A DNA stretch of 62,429 bases, counting the filler, from Dimorphilus gyrociliatus (lineage: Eukaryota; Animalia; Annelida), in NCBI GenBank assembly GCA_904063045.1. It is 4 parts of 4 records of this genome, joined end to end, with 100 filler letters (N's around TTAATTAATTAA, not from the genome) between each part and the next. Parts side by side here need not be neighbours in the genome. Positions count along the whole stretch, not along the records: positions 52,216 to 62,429 come from CAJFCJ010000276.1; 3 more parts are not named here. The stretch is one strand, 5' to 3'. The notes under the pieces were generated by a model. That model did no database searches. It was not told where the DNA came from and was given only the letters and a program-made list of their open reading frames with translations. Shown here one piece after another: positions 60,820 through 62,429 of this stretch. Position numbers and translations under genes: made by a program. How positions within the stretch are numbered: position 1 is the first letter of the stretch; each line of letters begins with the position of its first letter.

Positions 60820-62429
60820 TATTTCTTTTATGCTTTGATAAAAATCTTGTAATTATTTATTATTTTGAATTAGCAAGACACTTAATAACATTACGATAAT
60901 AATATCTTATTAGGTTGTTTGTTTTTATTATTGTATTCTGTTTTCAATTATTTAGAGTCAAATGTCTTATCTTTTTTCACTTTTATAGTATTAAATGTAT
61001 ACCTATGCTTATATTTTGTTATTAAATTTACTCTTGTGGTTTTTTTCATTTTCAATTAGACTTCTTTTATATAATAATTATATAGATTTATTTTATTTAT
61101 TCAATTAAACCATAATAGTTTATCTCTAACATTCCTGGTTTATTTAATATATCAATCACTTTTTTTTAGCGTTTTAATACATTCTCTATCAAAATTTTGT
61201 GTTAAATTAGCAAATGAAAATCTAGTTTTTTTTCTTGAAAATAGAAAAAGAAGTATTAGATTGTTTTCTGTATATGTTATTTTGATAGTATTTCATAAGT
61301 ACTTAGAATTATGAGATTCTTTGATATTTTAAATTTTAATGTATTTGAAAAAGTCTTCCTTCATATTTAAGAAAAACAGTATTCGTATTAGTGTTTATTT
61401 CTGAAATTCCTTTTGAGTATAAGATCTATCATGTAATACTTGACAAAAGACTTTTATTTACTACCTTTAAATATAATTGTTTAAAAGTATAATTATTTTG
61501 AAGGGTGTTCTAAGTCTATTCATAGGATTAAGTAATTTCTAGTGATGTTTTATATTTTAACATTGGTTTTATTATTAATACACGTATAGAATAACTCATG
61601 TTTAAATATATCTCTATGTTGTATTTTATTATTTTAAATGGTTTTTATGTTTTATTTTTAAGTAGTTTTTTAAGAAAGGAAGTCCTTCTTTACTCAATTT
61701 TAATTTCATCAGTTCTTATTTTATTTTCTAATATAAAATGTAAATTATATTTAACTCTTAAGTCTGGTAGAAGTAAATATAAATGAATAAAGAATTTTTT
61801 ATATACGTATTTTAAATTATCACCTGATTTTTTGTTGATCCAAAAGTTTTATGAAAACAAACGTTTATACAATAAATAAGAGAATTAGAGTATAAATGAA
61901 GAATTGGAAAGTAAATTAACAGCTTTTAAGCTCATTAATATTTTAATTTCATTTTATAATTAAAGGATGTAGAAATATCTATATAAAAGTTTTTAATTTT
62001 AGTAAATTTAGTATATAAATTTATGTTATTCTATTACATAAGAAAGATTAGGTATTTTTGAGTTTAATACATTATTCAAGATAATGAAATCAGAAAAACT
62101 AGGTTTTTTAAAAATATGAAAGACTTAAATATCTCAATTATAAATCTAAATCATAATATATGCTATCTTAGATGAACTATTTTTATTGGATTTGATAAAA
62201 AACAATTTTAGTATATTTTTTACTTAGCTGGTAGGGGGTTTAGTAAAGTATTCTAAAGTTTTTATATTGAAAGATTCAAATATTACATTTCTTGATATAA
62301 ACAATTCTATCCTTCTAGTAAATTAAAGAAGGCGTAAATAACAATAAAATTGGTAGAAAAAAAAGATTTTAATAAATAAAAATAGAGAATTCATTATTCA
62401 AACATCAGTGATTATTTAATACAAAAAAA

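Noticed and set aside
60830-62429. AT-rich tail with a 62-aa ORF
   Set aside because: No recognisable domain or terminal repeats. It may be decayed element sequence but I cannot support a call.

Overview
The window is not one locus. It is four contigs joined by artificial 100-bp spacers (44 N + TTAATTAATTAA + 44 N at 16606-16705, 46098-46197 and 52116-52215). Contig 1 (1-16605) holds about 1.5 units of a divergent animal (probably protostome) rDNA repeat on the minus strand, with a 10,759-bp period and a Tc1 (DD34E) transposon in the intergenic spacer. Contig 2 (16706-46097) is animal DNA. It carries a rearranged Ty3/gypsy LTR retroelement cluster whose integrase continues in frame into an envelope-like protein with herpesvirus gB / class III fusogen motif spacing, and whose protease-RT linker carries a tandem array of SUMO-interacting-motif-like repeats. 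After the cluster come a GRL101-like LDLa-LRR-GPCR gene, a damaged fucolectin gene, a RING fragment and an SDR gene, with TTAGGG-like tracts scattered in introns. Contigs 3 and 4 (46198-62429) look microsporidian (intronless, CCC motif just before the ATG) and contain LRR-repeat genes, an MFS-like protein, CDK7/KIN28, and Merlin and Tc1 elements. The best candidate for an undescribed system is the gB-env plus SIM-array gypsy element. All family assignments come from motif recognition by eye; no database searches were run.
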